From positions 77,961 through 141,960 of the IMG/VR virus record IMGVR_UViG_3300035698_017437: DNA of 64,000 nt; one strand, written 5' to 3'. This DNA comes from a virus. The notes beneath the pieces are model-generated. The model made no database searches and was not told the DNA's origin. It worked only from the letters and a program-made list of their open reading frames with translations. A program made the position numbers and the translations under genes. Of this stretch, positions 15,770 through 25,160 are shown one piece after another (the stretch's first letter is position 1; each line of letters opens with the position of its first letter).

Positions 15770-16475
15770 TGGCATATACATTGTTGGAGATCTCCATTGT
15801 GATTGGGGATCACTCAACACATTCATAAACAAAAAGAATCCTGCTATGATTTTACAGGTTGGTGATTTTGGTTTTTGGCCCAATGAAACGTATACAAAAA
15901 GAGAATTGTATACAGGATATACAGATATTCCAAAGAAGAAATATAAATATTGGGATGAAGGACTAATCAAGAATAAAGGAACAAAAATCCATTGGTGTGA
16001 TGGGAATCATGAAAACCATACTGAATTAGAAAAGTTGGAGGATAATGAAATATTTCCGGGTATCATTTATCAACCTAGAGGATCTGTTCTAACCTTACCT
16101 GATGGAAGAAATGTGTTGTTTATCGGAGGAGCTTTATCAATAGATAAACAGTATAGAACTATCGGTAAGGATTGGTTCCCTCAAGAATTGATAACTCAAA
16201 GACAAATATATGATTTACCAGATATTCATATTGATATTGTGATATCTCACACCTGTCCAATAGAATTTCTTTATGGACTTGATTTGGGTATAAAATTACA
16301 AGATCCATGTAATAGAGCGTTATCTATGGTATTAGAAAAATATAAACCCAAAGAATGGTTCTTTGGACACTTCCATCAAACAAAATCTGGATATAAAAAT
16401 GAATGTAAATGGACTTGTCTAGATATGCCCAGAAACTCTGGTAAATGGTGGACTAAATTAGGAGAGAGATTATAA
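15762..16475 (+). CDS. Calcineurin-like metallophosphoesterase
   Basis: GDLH, GDFG, GNHE, SHT, GHFH motifs. Confidence 0.92.
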   Translation: MSNGIYIVGDLHCDWGSLNTFINKKNPAMILQVGDFGFWPNETYTKRELYTGYTDIPKKKYKYWDEGLIKNKGTKIHWCDGNHENHTELEKLEDNEIFPGIIYQPRGSVLTLPDGRNVLFIGGALSIDKQYRTIGKDWFPQELITQRQIYDLPDIHIDIVISHTCPIEFLYGLDLGIKLQDPCNRALSMVLEKYKPKEWFFGHFHQTKSGYKNECKWTCLDMPRNSGKWWTKLGERL

Positions 16476-16702
16476 TGAATTATTGTGGAGAAGTGATAGG
16501 ATGGTTGTTGGTAGCTGTTCTGATTTTGGTTATAGGAGGAATTATAGTACACTCAGCTGGATATAAATCAGGACAATTAGAAGCAATGAAAGATAAGTAT
16601 CATTACCAATTAGTCCAAGAGAAGGATCAAGAAACAAAATGGAAGAGAAAAACCGAATCAATAACCCTAAAAGAAACAGGATACAATAATGAAAACCTAT
16701 AG
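16475..16702 (+). CDS. Small membrane protein
   Basis: N-terminal TM helix. Confidence 0.55.
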   Translation: MNYCGEVIGWLLVAVLILVIGGIIVHSAGYKSGQLEAMKDKYHYQLVQEKDQETKWKRKTESITLKETGYNNENL

Positions 16703-16919
16703 TGAAGTAAACGAAGCCAAGAAAGATAGAACAATCCTCCTTTCAGAACTGCCAGATAAACATAAGAAATTTGCCGAAAAGAATATAATGAAAGATAAAG
16801 TATATTATTCCTCTTCGGATGATTTTGTTGATGTTTGGTCCAATATGAAAAAGGAAGTAGAGGGATTCAAAGAGCTTTTCCAATATACTGATTTCCGCCA
16901 AGTTATTAGAGACAAATAA
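16689..16919 (+). CDS. Small protein, possible internal head protein (MKTYSEVNEA)
   Basis: AGGA SD; CTS-like N-terminus. Confidence 0.55.
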   Translation: MKTYSEVNEAKKDRTILLSELPDKHKKFAEKNIMKDKVYYSSSDDFVDVWSNMKKEVEGFKELFQYTDFRQVIRDK

Positions 16920-16933
16920 GGTGAAGAAATGTG

Positions 16934-17013
16934 TTGACTTCTCATTCTATACATGTTATAATAGTGTATACAGAATGAGAAAACCACATAATTCAAAATG
17001 AGGATTCAAAATG
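16934..17013 (+). promoter_or_regulatory. Promoter/stem-loop/RBS cassette copy
   Basis: TTCTCATTCT...TATAAT...AGAATGAGAA inverted repeat. Confidence 0.85.
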
Positions 17014-17184
17014 GATATGACTGATTATGGCATTACTATTCTACCAGATGAAGATGCGGTATATTTGGATATTGATAATGAAGGAGTATACCTATCGTCT
17101 TCAATGTTAGAAATATATATTGAGGAACTTGTGAAGGCTAAAGTAGAGATTGATCATATAATTTTGGAGAGTTCAAATGAATAG
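17011..17184 (+). CDS. Small acidic hypothetical protein (57 aa, not in the ORF track)
   Basis: GAGG SD of the cassette; MDMTDYGITILPDED... Confidence 0.55.
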   Translation: MDMTDYGITILPDEDAVYLDIDNEGVYLSSSMLEIYIEELVKAKVEIDHIILESSNE

Positions 17185-17695
17185 TAATAAAAGGGTATAT
17201 ATTGTGAATGGTCGTCCTAGAGCAGGAAAAGGAACTCTAATCCAAATCATGAAGGATAATTATCCTGTTCATCATCTTTCAACCGTGGATACAGTGAAAG
17301 TTCTAGCTAGACAAATGGGTTGGAATGGGACTAAAACTCCTGAAAATCGCCAAATGCTTTCTGACCTAAAAGATTTCTATTCAAAGAATTTTGATGGACC
17401 TTTTAGAGAGATGACTGAAGCTACCAACTCCCATGATTATTGTGTCTTTGAGATTAGGGAACCAAAAGAAATTGAAAGACTCCAAAAATGGTGTGAACTT
17501 AATTGGATTATTTGTGATACTATTTTGGTACAATCCGACAAACATGATGCCACCTCTACTTGCCATTCAGATGTAAATGTTGATGGTTTTGATTATCGTT
17601 ATATAGTAAACAATTACAATTCATTAGATGATTATGAACATAACTGTAAAGAATTCTTAAAATCTATTATGGATGAAGATGAAGAAGATGAATAA
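17177..17695 (+). CDS. P-loop nucleoside monophosphate kinase-like protein
   Basis: NGRPRAGKGT; R..LSDLK; EIREP.E. Confidence 0.75.
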   Translation: MNSNKRVYIVNGRPRAGKGTLIQIMKDNYPVHHLSTVDTVKVLARQMGWNGTKTPENRQMLSDLKDFYSKNFDGPFREMTEATNSHDYCVFEIREPKEIERLQKWCELNWIICDTILVQSDKHDATSTCHSDVNVDGFDYRYIVNNYNSLDDYEHNCKEFLKSIMDEDEEDE

Positions 17696-17996
17696 AACAA
17701 TTTTGATTCTTAGTGGAGTTTTGATCGGGTTTAGTTCGCCTGTATTAGCTGAAAATCCTTTTTCGGGATTGAGCGACGTTGGAAAGATATTACAAGGAGT
17801 TTCTATAGTTAGAGGATTAACAGATGGAACTCCTATAGAAAAAAGACTCCAAACTAGTGCTTTTGATTATAACTCTCAAATTTCCCATTATGTTCGTCCT
17901 GTACATGTAGAAACCTATTATAAACAAAAATTAGAAATAGCAACTTCCAATATCGCATGGGAAGCAAGGAAATCATTATATAAAGGGAGAGAATAA
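17688..17996 (+). CDS. Hypothetical protein with signal peptide
   Basis: MNKTILILSGVLIGFSSPVLA. Confidence 0.55.
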   Translation: MNKTILILSGVLIGFSSPVLAENPFSGLSDVGKILQGVSIVRGLTDGTPIEKRLQTSAFDYNSQISHYVRPVHVETYYKQKLEIATSNIAWEARKSLYKGRE

Positions 17997-18295
17997 TGAA
18001 TAATGAATACCGAATCAAACATTACCGATTTTATGAGAGGGGAAGTTTTACTATGGTATCAAAAACAAAAGGTCAATATATAATATTTTCATTGGCATTT
18101 TGTTCACCCAAAGATAATTTCAGCAAGAAGAAAGGAGTTGCTATTTGTGGAAACCGGCTTGCTGGAATCTCACCTAACGCAGTATTCAAGTTACATATAT
18201 ATCAACATGTAGTCCTAACAGACAAGATTGCGAATTGCTTAAGCTTTCTTTATCTCTTGCCGGAATGGGTATTCCTGAGTTTGGAAAGGGTCTAA
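17996..18295 (+). CDS. Hypothetical phage protein (AFCSPKDNFSKKKG motif)
   Basis: 99-aa ORF with a motif common in phage proteins. Confidence 0.6.
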   Translation: MNNEYRIKHYRFYERGSFTMVSKTKGQYIIFSLAFCSPKDNFSKKKGVAICGNRLAGISPNAVFKLHIYQHVVLTDKIANCLSFLYLLPEWVFLSLERV

Positions 18296-18328
18296 TCCGT
18301 GAAGCTATTTCATATGCTGTAAATTGAT

Positions 18329-18889
18329 ATGTTGGCGATTGCTGGAGTAGATTATTCAATGAATAGTCCTGCTGTATGTATTCATACAGGAAAGGAATGG
18401 AATGTCACAAACTGTGAGTTCCATTTTTTCCATAAAAAATTCACTAAACAGGATAATTTATATCCTTCTTTATATCCGATATATACCGAAGATTTCAATA
18501 ATACAGACAGATTCTATAAACTTGCCCAATGGGTTATAGATACTGGTATAGGTAAATGTGATTATATTGGACTGGAGGGTTTTGCCTATGGTGCGAAAGG
18601 AAGGGCAGTATTCAGTATCCCTGAAGCTACGGGGTTTATGAAATGTATGGTTTGTCATACCCATGGTATGACTTTTGAGACTTTTTCACCAGGACAAGTC
18701 AAAAAGATGGCAACAGGAAAGGGAAATTCAAAAAAAGAAATCATTGAAGAACATTTCATCAAAGAAACAGGAATAGTATTGAGAGATATTATTGGACAAT
18801 CTCCTAAATCTGTTACTCCTTCCTCAGATATCCATGATTCTTATTATGTCACCAAATTATTATGGGAAAAGATTCATCTTGACAAGTGA
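18329..18889 (+). CDS. RuvC-like Holliday junction resolvase/nuclease
   Basis: GVDYSMNSPA, LEGFAYG, VKKMATGKGNSKKE, DIHDSY. Confidence 0.85.
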   Translation: MLAIAGVDYSMNSPAVCIHTGKEWNVTNCEFHFFHKKFTKQDNLYPSLYPIYTEDFNNTDRFYKLAQWVIDTGIGKCDYIGLEGFAYGAKGRAVFSIPEATGFMKCMVCHTHGMTFETFSPGQVKKMATGKGNSKKEIIEEHFIKETGIVLRDIIGQSPKSVTPSSDIHDSYYVTKLLWEKIHLDK

Positions 18890-18907
18890 TATCCAATATG
18901 TTATAAT
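18879..18907 (+). promoter_or_regulatory. sigma70 promoter
   Basis: TTGACA-17-TATAAT. Confidence 0.8.
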
Positions 18908-18943
18908 TGAAAAAATTATCTGAACCCTAAATGGAGAGAACGA

Positions 18944-19168
18944 ATGAAAAAATTAAAATTCTGGCGTAAACGATCAAAAAATATTCATCTTGCGGATAAC
19001 AAATTAACAAAAGCTGAAATTGTGGGATTTCTGGGAGAAAGAGGATATGACCAAAGTAGATCTGTTAAATTGACTCTAAGAACATTGAAAATCATTTGGT
19101 CTAACCTCAACAAGAAAGATGCTAGAAAAGCTCAAGAGCGTATGATAGCAGAAGGGAGTTGGGTATGA
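18944..19168 (+). CDS. Basic hypothetical protein
   Basis: GGAG SD, 74 aa. Confidence 0.55.
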   Translation: MKKLKFWRKRSKNIHLADNKLTKAEIVGFLGERGYDQSRSVKLTLRTLKIIWSNLNKKDARKAQERMIAEGSWV

Positions 19169-19659
19169 TTCTGCTTGATTTTAATGCCATTGCAATTGCG
19201 ACTATCATGATACAACTAAGTCAGGATGAATCAATTGTCAATGAGGATTTCATTACTCATTCCATACTCAACTCCGTAAGAAAAAGAAATAAACAATTTA
19301 GAAATGAATATGGCAAAATGGTTATCTGTTGTGATTCAGGAAATGTATGGAGAAAAAAAGTATTTCCATTATATAAAGCAAATCGTCTGAAGAATAGAGA
19401 AAAGGATGATTATGATTGGGATATGATCCATGAGGCTATTCACAAAACCGAAGAGGTTTTGAGGATGAGTTTTCCTTATCTTGTAATGAAAGTTGATACT
19501 GCTGAAGCTGATGATATTATTGCTCGGTTGAGTTATAATATTTTTGAAGAGAAACCTAATGTTATAGTTTCAAATGATAGGGACTTCCTTCAACTAATCT
19601 CGCCTTCATGTTCAGTATTTAGGCCCACATCTGAAGAGACTATAATATTCAAGCCTTGA
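19165..19659 (+). CDS. rnh: T4-type RNase H / 5'-3' flap exonuclease, N-terminal half
   Basis: MILLDFN, ICCD..WRK..FP.YKANR, EADDIIA, SNDRDFLQL. Confidence 0.9.
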   Translation: MILLDFNAIAIATIMIQLSQDESIVNEDFITHSILNSVRKRNKQFRNEYGKMVICCDSGNVWRKKVFPLYKANRLKNREKDDYDWDMIHEAIHKTEEVLRMSFPYLVMKVDTAEADDIIARLSYNIFEEKPNVIVSNDRDFLQLISPSCSVFRPTSEETIIFKP

Positions 19660-20317
19660 TTATTTCCCATCCTTCAGTTAGTAATCCTTTTTCTGTTAAT
19701 CTAGTGGCCTTTTTATTAGGTTTAATAACACCTTTGTTTATATTTCCATATAAGCGGGAAAATGATAAACCATGTTTTTTTGAGAACGAGGCCAATTCTC
19801 CATGAATATTATATAATATTCCAAGAGGAGAAATTATATTATATTTTTGAGCATGTTTATTGTTTTTCCCTTTACAAGCTTTAGAGCAGGCTGTATGGAT
19901 ATTATTTCTTTTATTTATGTCTGGTACTCTGATATGTAAGGGTATTCCAAAAGAGGGATTCTTTTCTCCGGACAAAGCAAAACTCAATTTATCTCGGGTT
20001 TCTTCTGAAATTGTTAGACCTCCCTGACCGCCTAGACCTCCCGTCTTGACATTATATGTGCTTCTAGAGTCTACAAAGGCAGAATCTACAAGATCTCTTT
20101 CCTTAGAATATGCTGATGTTTCTGAAACAAAAGAGAATAATACTATTTTACTGAAATTATCTTTTCCATATTTTTTTATAGCTCTCAAAAGAATCTTGCC
20201 AGATCCTAAATAAGAATCGTTTGGATCTGTAGTAGAGTGTTTGCCAACATATATTTTTTGATTCACTAAACAAGTTGTTTGATATACTGTATGATAAATA
20301 GTTTTAGCTTGAGACAT
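19649..20317 (-). mobile_element. Free-standing GIY-YIG (Seg-like) homing endonuclease inserted antisense into rnh
   Basis: VYQTTCLVNQKIYVGKHST...YLGSG...KKYG..NF..E...YN...GG; NUMOD-like GEKNPSFG. Confidence 0.88.
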
Positions 20318-20346
20318 TTCTAACTCCATAGAAAAGTTTTAGGTTA

Positions 20347-20378
20347 GAAAAGAAAGTTGTTGACGCAACTTTCTTTTC
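20347..20378. terminator. 13-bp hairpin, terminator-like on the + strand
   Basis: GAAAAGAAAGTTG-TTGACG-CAACTTTCTTTTC. Confidence 0.55.
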
Positions 20379-20388
20379 GTGTTATAGT

Positions 20389-20402
20389 TATTTATATAAA
20401 TT
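20389..20402. promoter_or_regulatory. Overlapping divergent late promoters
   Basis: TATTTATA (TATAAATA on the - strand) overlapping TATAAATT on the + strand. Confidence 0.55.
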
Positions 20403-20431
20403 GAATTATAACTCTAAGAAAGGAGAAAACA

Positions 20432-20881
20432 TTGAAAAGAATAATGATGGAGCCTAATGATATCAAAAGAACTTTATTTGACCATTTTTGTAGAGGCGAC
20501 TCTTCTGATGGTATTCCCAATATTGTTTCAGATGAGGATGTTTTCATTTGTGAAGAGAAGAGACAGAAATGTATATTTGCTAAAAAGTTAGATATTTGGT
20601 ATCCTTTATATGTTGAAAGTCCTTCTTTATTCTTCAAAGAAATTGGTCAGGAAATGTCTGTCAAATTTGAAAGGAACAGAATTCTGATTGATTTGAATAA
20701 AATTCCTGAAGATCTAATTATATCTATCAATAATGAATTTGAAAATGAATGTAAGTTGCCTTGTCCTGGCAAAATGGAGATTCTCAACTATTTTGCTAAC
20801 AATAAAATGAAACTTCTTGCTAGTTGTGTTGGAGATTTCACAGGACCGACAAGAACTAATTCATTAGCTGAATTTCTATAA
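20432..20881 (+). CDS. rnh: RNase H C-terminal half
   Basis: RGDSSDGIPNIVSD (H3TH), ERNRILIDL..IP; AAGGAG SD before TTG. Confidence 0.88.
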   Translation: MKRIMMEPNDIKRTLFDHFCRGDSSDGIPNIVSDEDVFICEEKRQKCIFAKKLDIWYPLYVESPSLFFKEIGQEMSVKFERNRILIDLNKIPEDLIISINNEFENECKLPCPGKMEILNYFANNKMKLLASCVGDFTGPTRTNSLAEFL

Positions 20882-20906
20882 ATAAGAACAATACTAACCT
20901 TAACAT

Positions 20907-21419
20907 ATGAGAGATATTATGTCTAAAATGACAGTAGAAGAGAAACAATTGGTTCTAAATAATAAAGTAAAAGCTGGGAAACTTCAGGTATTTATTCCTG
21001 AACTATTTGAAACAGTTGTGGAGTTTGGATCAAGAAATGATAAAATTGAAACTTTACGAAATAATGCTTCTAAAGCGTTATTCAATCTTCTCTTTCTAAC
21101 CTTTACTGATGTTGAATGGGTGGTTGATCCTAAAGAAGCCTCGAAAATAAAATTTGAAGATTTAGATATCAATGATTATACAATGGCTGCTTCCACCTTG
21201 ATGAAGGAACATTTACGATTCAAACATCTTGTAAGATTGGGAAATAATAATATCACCAAAGAAAAGGCTTCTATTCTTATCAGTCAAATGTATTCCTCAA
21301 TGTATGAAAAGGATGTTGAGGTAATGAGAGGGATGTTTCTTGGGAAAATTCCATATAAAGGAATCACTGAAAAATTAATTCGTGAAGCATTTCCAAATCT
21401 TTTACCTCAGGTGAAATAA
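20907..21419 (+). CDS. Conserved T4-like hypothetical protein (YKGIT..LIREAFP C-terminus)
   Basis: Family typically found downstream of rnh in T4-like phages; TATAAATA at 20877. Confidence 0.7.
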   Translation: MRDIMSKMTVEEKQLVLNNKVKAGKLQVFIPELFETVVEFGSRNDKIETLRNNASKALFNLLFLTFTDVEWVVDPKEASKIKFEDLDINDYTMAASTLMKEHLRFKHLVRLGNNNITKEKASILISQMYSSMYEKDVEVMRGMFLGKIPYKGITEKLIREAFPNLLPQVK

Positions 21420-21583
21420 TGATAGAGAAATGTGGAAATTGTAAATTCTGGAAAGAATCTTGGGAATTTGGTTTTCCTATACCTAATGAAGGTTTTTGTA
21501 ATAGATATCCTGTAGAAAATAAAACAAATAGTTCTCAATATTGTGGCGAATTCAAGCCCAAAACGCTTAATGAGGGAAAATAA
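21419..21583 (+). CDS. Small Cys-rich protein (CGNCKFW...C...CGEF), not in the ORF track
   Basis: ATG overlaps the upstream stop; 54 aa. Confidence 0.55.
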   Translation: MIEKCGNCKFWKESWEFGFPIPNEGFCNRYPVENKTNSSQYCGEFKPKTLNEGK

Positions 21584-21586
21584 TAT

Positions 21587-21853
21587 ATGCCAATTTATAC
21601 TTTCTCCTGCCAGGAATGTGATGAGATTTGGGAAAACCAATTTCTTATTGAGGACCGAGGAATTCCTCTTGATGAACCTTGTCCTTATTGTAACACAAAG
21701 GACAAGATTCAAAGGAATATAACTCCTGTTTCTATTGCTCATACTTTAACTGTTTTATCAGGGAAAAAAATGGATTCTGAAGTGAAAAACCGAATTGATA
21801 AAATCAGGAACACTCCTGGAGCTTCTAAAGAAACCACTCAATTACAATTTTAG
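21587..21853 (+). CDS. FmdB-like zinc-ribbon protein
   Basis: MPIYTFSCQEC...CPYC. Confidence 0.8.
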   Translation: MPIYTFSCQECDEIWENQFLIEDRGIPLDEPCPYCNTKDKIQRNITPVSIAHTLTVLSGKKMDSEVKNRIDKIRNTPGASKETTQLQF

Positions 21854-21856
21854 ATT

Positions 21857-22066
21857 ATGATTTATTCTTATCAATGTCCCGATTGTGGGACAATAACAGA
21901 CAAATTTACATCCAATTATAATTTGAATGCTATTGATTGTCCCGAATGTAAAGCTTCTAGACAATTGATTGTGTCTGCCCCTAAGATTGTTGCTCATTGT
22001 TCTTTCCAATTGAAAGGCCCTGGTTGGGAAGCCGATGGATATTCTTCTGTAAAATCAAATACATAA
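21857..22066 (+). CDS. FmdB-like zinc-ribbon protein
   Basis: YSYQCPDC...CPEC...FQLKGPGW..DGY. Confidence 0.8.
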   Translation: MIYSYQCPDCGTITDKFTSNYNLNAIDCPECKASRQLIVSAPKIVAHCSFQLKGPGWEADGYSSVKSNT

Positions 22067-22170
22067 CCATAGAAGATGTCTAGGAGCTTGATCACTGAAT
22101 GATAAATAGTTTTCTATACTAGCATTCATTTGGATTGGAACTCTTCACCTAGACTCACCGAGGTATCAAA

Positions 22171-22605
22171 ATGAGAATAATCACAATTTTAGTTTTTATA
22201 ACAATTTATTTAATTCCATCAACAGGATATGGAGATTGGATAGAAGACTTTGAAATAAACACCGCCGCCCAAGGAATAGAAGTTGCTGTAAGTGGAGCTC
22301 TTGAATTAGGAAGATCTCCATATGAAATTTTAGAACATGGATTATTGAATTTAGATAATAATCCTCAACGTGTATTGAAAGCTTTATATTGTGAAGGAGT
22401 TGATGGAGAAGATATCAAAAAAGCATCAAATGAATTAGATATTTCTGATCTAATTCTTGTATCAGCTTTTGAAAAAAGTATAGCTGAATGTGGAGATGCT
22501 GTAGCTGATTCACAGGCATATACTCCTATAAAGGTTTCCTTTTCTGGACTTCCTTCAATTTCTTCAAAAACAACCTCTAGATTGTCTTCTCCTTCTACAT
22601 TTTAG
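22171..22605 (+). CDS. Secreted hypothetical protein
   Basis: Signal peptide; GAGG SD. Confidence 0.65.
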   Translation: MRIITILVFITIYLIPSTGYGDWIEDFEINTAAQGIEVAVSGALELGRSPYEILEHGLLNLDNNPQRVLKALYCEGVDGEDIKKASNELDISDLILVSAFEKSIAECGDAVADSQAYTPIKVSFSGLPSISSKTTSRLSSPSTF

Positions 22606-22620
22606 GATATATATATATAT

Positions 22621-23286
22621 ATGAAACGTTTCACCTCGGTTGAAGGAATAACCAGAACAAAAGATCCTATTGGAAGAGTTTATAATACTCCAATGGGATC
22701 TTTTTATTCAGTCACTACTATATTAGGCAAGACAAAAGATATGTCTGGTCTTGATGAATGGAGAAAAAGAATAGGAAATAAACCTGCTGATAGAATCCTC
22801 AAACTTGCTGGTCTTGATGGAACATGTTTTCATGAAATGCTTGAAGCTTCTTTAGATGGGAAAGAATATACAGGAATACAATATCCAATAGGGAAAAGAT
22901 TATATAGACAAGCTTATCCTATAGCTAAAAAGAATGTTGGTCATATATACGCTCAAGAATTATACATTTTTTCTAAAACATTGAAATTAGCTGGTACTGT
23001 TGATCTTGTAGCTGATTGGAATGGGATTCCATCAATTATAGATTTCAAATCTTGTGGATATTTACCGAAAGATGATAGATATATCAAAGACTATTGGATA
23101 CAAATTTCCCTATATAGACACATGATTGAGGAAATGTATGGACTATCATGTCCTCAATTAGTTTTATTATTCTCAGCAAAGAAAGTTCAAAGAGCTAAAG
23201 TTATTACTTGTCACCACAACAAATATGCGAGGGATACAATAGAAAGAGTAAAAGAATGGCGATTATGGTTGACAGAGAATGCGTGA
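22621..23286 (+). CDS. PD-(D/E)xK (Cas4/RecB-like) exonuclease
   Basis: YSVTTIL, EWRKRIG, GT.FH, AGTVD, IIDFKS, Y.IQ..LY. Confidence 0.88.
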   Translation: MKRFTSVEGITRTKDPIGRVYNTPMGSFYSVTTILGKTKDMSGLDEWRKRIGNKPADRILKLAGLDGTCFHEMLEASLDGKEYTGIQYPIGKRLYRQAYPIAKKNVGHIYAQELYIFSKTLKLAGTVDLVADWNGIPSIIDFKSCGYLPKDDRYIKDYWIQISLYRHMIEEMYGLSCPQLVLLFSAKKVQRAKVITCHHNKYARDTIERVKEWRLWLTENA

Positions 23287-23297
23287 TATGTTATAAT
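23269..23297 (+). promoter_or_regulatory. sigma70 promoter
   Basis: TTGACA-17-TATAAT followed by cassette-like AGTGTATAC..AATGAGAA. Confidence 0.75.
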
Positions 23298-23342
23298 AGT
23301 GTATACCGTAAATGAGAAAAACAATTCTAAAGGGTGGTTATT

Positions 23343-23504
23343 ATGATTGAATATGAAATTAAAATTGAACGAGCTTTTCCATTATATCCTTCTGAGAAAA
23401 TAAAAATAGATTTCTGCTTTGCTGACAGTATTAGCGAGGCAAAACAGGTGATGAATCATATATATGGTGAAATGATATCTTTTATCTATGTTCGGGAGTT
23501 TTGA
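23343..23504 (+). CDS. Small hypothetical protein (53 aa, not in the ORF track)
   Basis: Follows the promoter; abuts the next ORF. Confidence 0.45.
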   Translation: MIEYEIKIERAFPLYPSEKIKIDFCFADSISEAKQVMNHIYGEMISFIYVREF

Positions 23505-23714
23505 ATGACAAATATAGAATTTGAAGAAATCTTATCCGGTCTTGTTCAAGAATATAAACCCTTTGAATCTAAAAAATTGGTATCTTTTCTTCGGAAAGAT
23601 GATGCTTTAGATTATGATGGTTGGATAGAGTTCTATAAAATATTGAATGAGTTGGATAATGGTTTGTGTACTTGGTACGAGGCCTTAGATGATTTATTAT
23701 TTTTATTAGCATAG
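23505..23714 (+). CDS. Acidic hypothetical protein
   Basis: GGGAG SD. Confidence 0.55.
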   Translation: MTNIEFEEILSGLVQEYKPFESKKLVSFLRKDDALDYDGWIEFYKILNELDNGLCTWYEALDDLLFLLA

Positions 23715-23757
23715 CGTATAGAAAAGATAAAACACATACTTCAAAATGGAGAACAAA

Positions 23758-24357
23758 ATGGAATATTCAGTAACTAAAAACGGCAAAAAATTATCTACAG
23801 ACCTTTATTCCTTTGATGAAGAAACTTTAACATTTTATTCAAATGAGGACGATCTTGTTTTAGATTTCCATACTTTGTCTGGAGTTACATTCAATACAGG
23901 ACCATATTGTGTATTCCATACAGGACCATATTGTGTATTCCATACAGGACCTGAATGTACATTCAATACAGGATATGCTTGTGTATTCACTACAGGATAT
24001 GCTTGTGTATTCAATACAGGACCATCTTGTGTATTGCATACAGGATATGGTTGTGTATTCACTACAGGATATGATTGTACATTCAATACACAAGATGATT
24101 GTGTATTCCATACAGGATATGGTTGTGTATTCACTACAGGATCATCTTGTGTATTCCATACAGGATCATCTTGTGCAATTGTCCGTAGAGACAATTCTGA
24201 AGTTATTATTCCAAAACCTTATGTAGCAATAAAACTGAATGATTATGGAGAGAAAGGATTCAAAGAAGTAAAGACGACAAAAACTATCGTTATTGATGGT
24301 AAATCTATAGAACTTTCTGAAGAATCTTTTGATGAATTGAAGGAACAATTGATTTAG
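23758..24357 (+). CDS. Octapeptide-repeat (FHTGYGCV) protein, paralog of 9097
   Basis: Shared N-terminus YSVTKNG..LST.LYSFDE, ~12 repeats of 24 bp, shared IVRRD..EVI. Confidence 0.8.
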   Translation: MEYSVTKNGKKLSTDLYSFDEETLTFYSNEDDLVLDFHTLSGVTFNTGPYCVFHTGPYCVFHTGPECTFNTGYACVFTTGYACVFNTGPSCVLHTGYGCVFTTGYDCTFNTQDDCVFHTGYGCVFTTGSSCVFHTGSSCAIVRRDNSEVIIPKPYVAIKLNDYGEKGFKEVKTTKTIVIDGKSIELSEESFDELKEQLI

Positions 24358-24360
24358 TTG

Positions 24361-24439
24361 TTGATTTCTTATTCTATACATGTTATAATACGTCATACAG
24401 AAAATGATAATACATAATTCAAAATGGAGATTCAAAATG
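24361..24439 (+). promoter_or_regulatory. Promoter/RBS cassette copy
   Basis: TTGATT-17-TATAAT...AATTCAAAATGGAGATTCAAAATG. Confidence 0.75.
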
Positions 24440-24667
24440 AAATATTGTATTCTTTGTGTTTTATGTTTATTCCTCCTGAGTGGATGTGGAATAGATCCTC
24501 AAGGGGTAGAGGATCATGTAAGAGAAACCTTTCCTCATTCTAAGATAACACCATTATCTGATTATAGATTTCTTGTTGAATCAGCAGATGTTAAGTATCT
24601 TGTATCTTGTATGAAACCATTCAGTGTAGAAATTTCTTCAATAAAAAGAGTAGATGATCTTGATTGA
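24437..24667 (+). CDS. Small lipoprotein
   Basis: MKYCILCVLCLFLLSG|C lipobox. Confidence 0.65.
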   Translation: MKYCILCVLCLFLLSGCGIDPQGVEDHVRETFPHSKITPLSDYRFLVESADVKYLVSCMKPFSVEISSIKRVDDLD

Positions 24668-24911
24668 TCCTTTTTACACATTTAGGACAGAATATAAAAA
24701 TATGAATCTAATTGAAAAAGACGAAAACATTTCCATTGATTTAGAAATCCTTAGTACTGAACTTTACACTTCAGGAAAGGACCAAGTTCTAGATGAGATT
24801 GCTAATATGATTCTATACGCTGGAAATCTGATAGAAGAGTTATATACAGAACTAGAAAATAATCAAGCGGATTGTATCCTTTGTAGAGGATCTTATCCAG
24901 AGGAAAACTAA
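24654..24911 (+). CDS. Acidic hypothetical protein
   Basis: Packed ORF. Confidence 0.55.
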   Translation: MILIDPFYTFRTEYKNMNLIEKDENISIDLEILSTELYTSGKDQVLDEIANMILYAGNLIEELYTELENNQADCILCRGSYPEEN

Positions 24912-25142
24912 ATGGAATATCTGAATTACGAAACAGGAGAAACTCCAGAAAAAGTAGAAACTCTTATTGATCCTAATAAGTTTGAGTTTGGTCCATCTAA
25001 AAGAATGGTTGAAGAATCTTTTGATGATTATAAACTCAGAAGAAAAAGAGAGAAATATCAAATGAAAATGCTCAACCGTAATGGATATTCCCGAAGGAAT
25101 GCTTCTCAAGGAACTTATCAAAAATTTCCATTACAACCTTAA
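24912..25142 (+). CDS. Hypothetical protein
   Basis: GAGG SD. Confidence 0.6.
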   Translation: MEYLNYETGETPEKVETLIDPNKFEFGPSKRMVEESFDDYKLRRKREKYQMKMLNRNGYSRRNASQGTYQKFPLQP

Positions 25143-25160
25143 AATAAATGAGTTTATCCA

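Noticed and set aside
19649-20431. Self-splicing intron in rnh
   Set aside because: The endonuclease is antisense and overlaps the upstream stop codon, leaving no room for a ribozyme core; the downstream half has its own SD
22621-23286. Cas4 of a CRISPR system
   Set aside because: Lacks the four-Cys Fe-S pattern and any cas context; matches the common T4-like phage exonuclease
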